This document shows, piece by piece, positions 62,768 through 64,000 of a stretch of DNA of 64,000 nucleotides. Numbering within the stretch: the first letter of the stretch is position 1; each line of letters opens with the position of its first letter. The notes beneath the pieces were generated by a model. The model was not told the origin of the DNA, ran no database searches, and was given only the letters and a program-made list of their open reading frames with translations. This DNA comes from an uncultured Eubacteriales bacterium (GTDB lineage Bacteria > Bacillota > Clostridia > Christensenellales > CAG-138): assembly GCA_902765005.1 (NCBI GenBank), contig CACWYB010000002.1:141058-205057 (forward strand), written 5' to 3'. The position numbers were made by a program, and so were the translations under genes.

Positions 62768-64000
62768 ATGCTTCGCTCCCAGGTGAAAAAGAATCGCTGG
62801 TCCCTGGACATCGGGGACCTTAGCTACATTGCCCATGGGCCGGATCGGCCCTTTGCCGTGGCCGTCCGCCGGGAGAAGACCTACGAAAGCGACCGGGGCA
62901 CGGTGAAGGAGCGCGTGGTGGAGGCCGAGCGGGTCCCGCTGACGGAGGTCAGCGAGGAGCCGGAGGGGGTCGTCCTCTCTGGCGGCGGGCACAGCCTGGG
63001 CATCCGGATCGAAGGGTGCGAAAACGGCGCCGACCTGCTGCTGACCGGGGAGGAGGGCTGGGCCTATGAGTTCGCTTTGCCGGCCCTTGACCGGGAGGCC
63101 GTCTTCGGCGGCGGGGAGCAGTATCGGCAGACGAACCTGCGGGGCGAGCGGGTGGTGAACTTCGTTTCCGAGCACATCAAGGCCGTCACCATCCTGGAGA
63201 AGGCCCTGCTGCCCCGGCCCCTCTACAAGGAAAAGCCTCACAGCGCCATCGGTAGCTATGCGCCCATGCCCGTGTTCATCACGGATCGGGGCAGGCTGTT
63301 TCTCTTCGACACGGAATCGGACGGCATCTCCCGCTTCGGGCAGGAGAGCTATCTGTTCACCTTCGACCGCTGCCCCCGGAAGCTCACGCTGCTCAAGGGC
63401 GAAAGCTATGAGGCGCTGGCCCTGGCTTTGGCGGCGCGGATGCCCAACCGGCAGTATATCCCCGACTGGTGCCGCGAGGGCATGATCCTCTCCATCCAGG
63501 GGGGCACCGAGACCATCCTCGAAAAGACCGCCGCCATGCTGAAGGCGGGGGCCAAGGTCTGCGGCGTGTGGAGCCAGGACTGGTCCGGGGAGAATCGGAC
63601 CATTATGGGCAAGCAGGTCTGGTGGAACTGGGAGGCGGACGAGAAGCTCTATCCCGATCTGAAGGGGGCCATCCAAAAGCTCAACGCCCAGGGCGTGAAG
63701 TTCTTGGCCTATATCAACCCCTATCTGGTGAAGGACAGCAAGCTTTACACCCACTGCAAGCAGAAGGGCTGGCTCATCACCCATCCGGACGGCTCCGTCT
63801 ATCACATCAAATCCACCACCTTCGACGCCGGCATGCTGGACCTTACGGACCCGGCGGCGGTCCGGTTCATCAAGGACACGCTCATCAAGAAGAACATGCT
63901 GGATCTGGGCGTTTCCGGCTGGATGGCGGACTTCGGGGAGTATCTGCCCGTGGACTGCGTGCTCCATGAGGGGGACCCCAAGCTCCTGCACAACCAGTGG
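62768..64000 (+). CDS. glycoside hydrolase family 31 enzyme, N-terminal 411 codons (3' end outside window)
   Basis: It is missing from the ORF track because no stop falls in the window. The ATG at 62768 follows AAGGAGA. GH31-type motifs are present (GVWSQDWSGENRTIMGKQVWWNWEAD, FLAYINPYL, GWMADFGEYLP). The 475-aa minus-strand ORF over it is a GC shadow. Confidence 0.8.
   Translation, partial: MLRSQVKKNRWSLDIGDLSYIAHGPDRPFAVAVRREKTYESDRGTVKERVVEAERVPLTEVSEEPEGVVLSGGGHSLGIRIEGCENGADLLLTGEEGWAYEFALPALDREAVFGGGEQYRQTNLRGERVVNFVSEHIKAVTILEKALLPRPLYKEKPHSAIGSYAPMPVFITDRGRLFLFDTESDGISRFGQESYLFTFDRCPRKLTLLKGESYEALALALAARMPNRQYIPDWCREGMILSIQGGTETILEKTAAMLKAGAKVCGVWSQDWSGENRTIMGKQVWWNWEADEKLYPDLKGAIQKLNAQGVKFLAYINPYLVKDSKLYTHCKQKGWLITHPDGSVYHIKSTTFDAGMLDLTDPAAVRFIKDTLIKKNMLDLGVSGWMADFGEYLPVDCVLHEGDPKLLHNQW

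Noticed and set aside
62564-63991. 475-aa minus-strand ORF, the only track entry covering the last 1.4 kb
   Set aside because: The plus strand carries an open frame from ATG 62768 (with RBS AAGGAGA and a promoter) to the window end, with GH31 motifs (QDWSG, WWNW, YINPY, GWMADFGE). It is missing from the track only because it has no stop in the window. The minus-strand ORF is a shadow.
1-64000. tRNA, rRNA and other housekeeping RNA genes
   Set aside because: Intergenic spaces are short. None shows cloverleaf-compatible arms or rRNA-like conserved stretches on either strand by eye. I did not run a formal tRNAscan or Infernal search.

Overview
This 64-kb window comes from a GC-rich chromosome that looks like Firmicutes/Clostridia. 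Spot counts give about 58% GC.

Left part (1-13.1 kb), mostly housekeeping genes:
- a partial repeat-rich membrane protein
- a PatB/MalY-type C-S lyase
- a BspA-type LRR lipoprotein
- metNIQ behind a Met T-box leader
- an alpha/beta hydrolase
- a NusG-II/Gx-transporter pair
- a signal-less NlpC/P60-SH3 hydrolase
- a single-gene AT-rich GNAT islet
- nadE and galE

Centre (13.1-49.6 kb), one large Wzx/Wzy-type capsule/exopolysaccharide locus:
- It opens with a LoaP-like NusG paralog, which is followed by its own intrinsic terminator and a consensus promoter.
- Next come two LCP ligases and a PglF-like dehydratase plus PglE-like aminotransferase. All of these are GC-rich.
- A sharply AT-rich ~23.5-kb mosaic cassette follows (20.7-44.2 kb) with 23 intact genes and 2 gene remnants.
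- The cassette encodes acetyltransferases, a PglC-like priming transferase, an ATP-grasp/HAD fusion, and a LicD + cytidylyltransferase + SDR module.
- It also encodes GT2 and DUF616 transferases, Wzy, rmlABDC, a TupA-like amidoligase, Wzx, an OafA-like acyltransferase, a UDP-GlcA 4-epimerase, a GHMP kinase + nucleotidyltransferase pair, and ugd.
- On the opposite strand, and GC-rich again, lie a third LCP, a Wzz-like protein with a degenerate kinase-like tail, and a TM-Ig-transglutaminase protein.

Right part:
- two unknown genes
- a birA-DUF1284-bioY operon behind a perfect palindrome
- mrp/apbC, a sirtuin and comEC
- an Ogt-Nudix fusion
- ftsA-ftsZ
- two paralogous secreted proteins
- the start of a GH31 glycosidase

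I recognised no rRNA, tRNA, CRISPR array, transposase or integrase.

The observations most worth following up:
- a six-copy degenerate direct-repeat array lying exactly on the left GC/AT junction
- a Pgl-like priming-sugar pathway split across that junction, with a frameshifted acetyltransferase
- recombination scars (an rmlD 5' remnant and a tupA-like 3' remnant)
- the antiterminator/terminator/promoter arrangement at the head of the locus
- the absence of a canonical BY-kinase/phosphatase pair

All functional calls rest on my reading of motifs in the translations. No database search was run.
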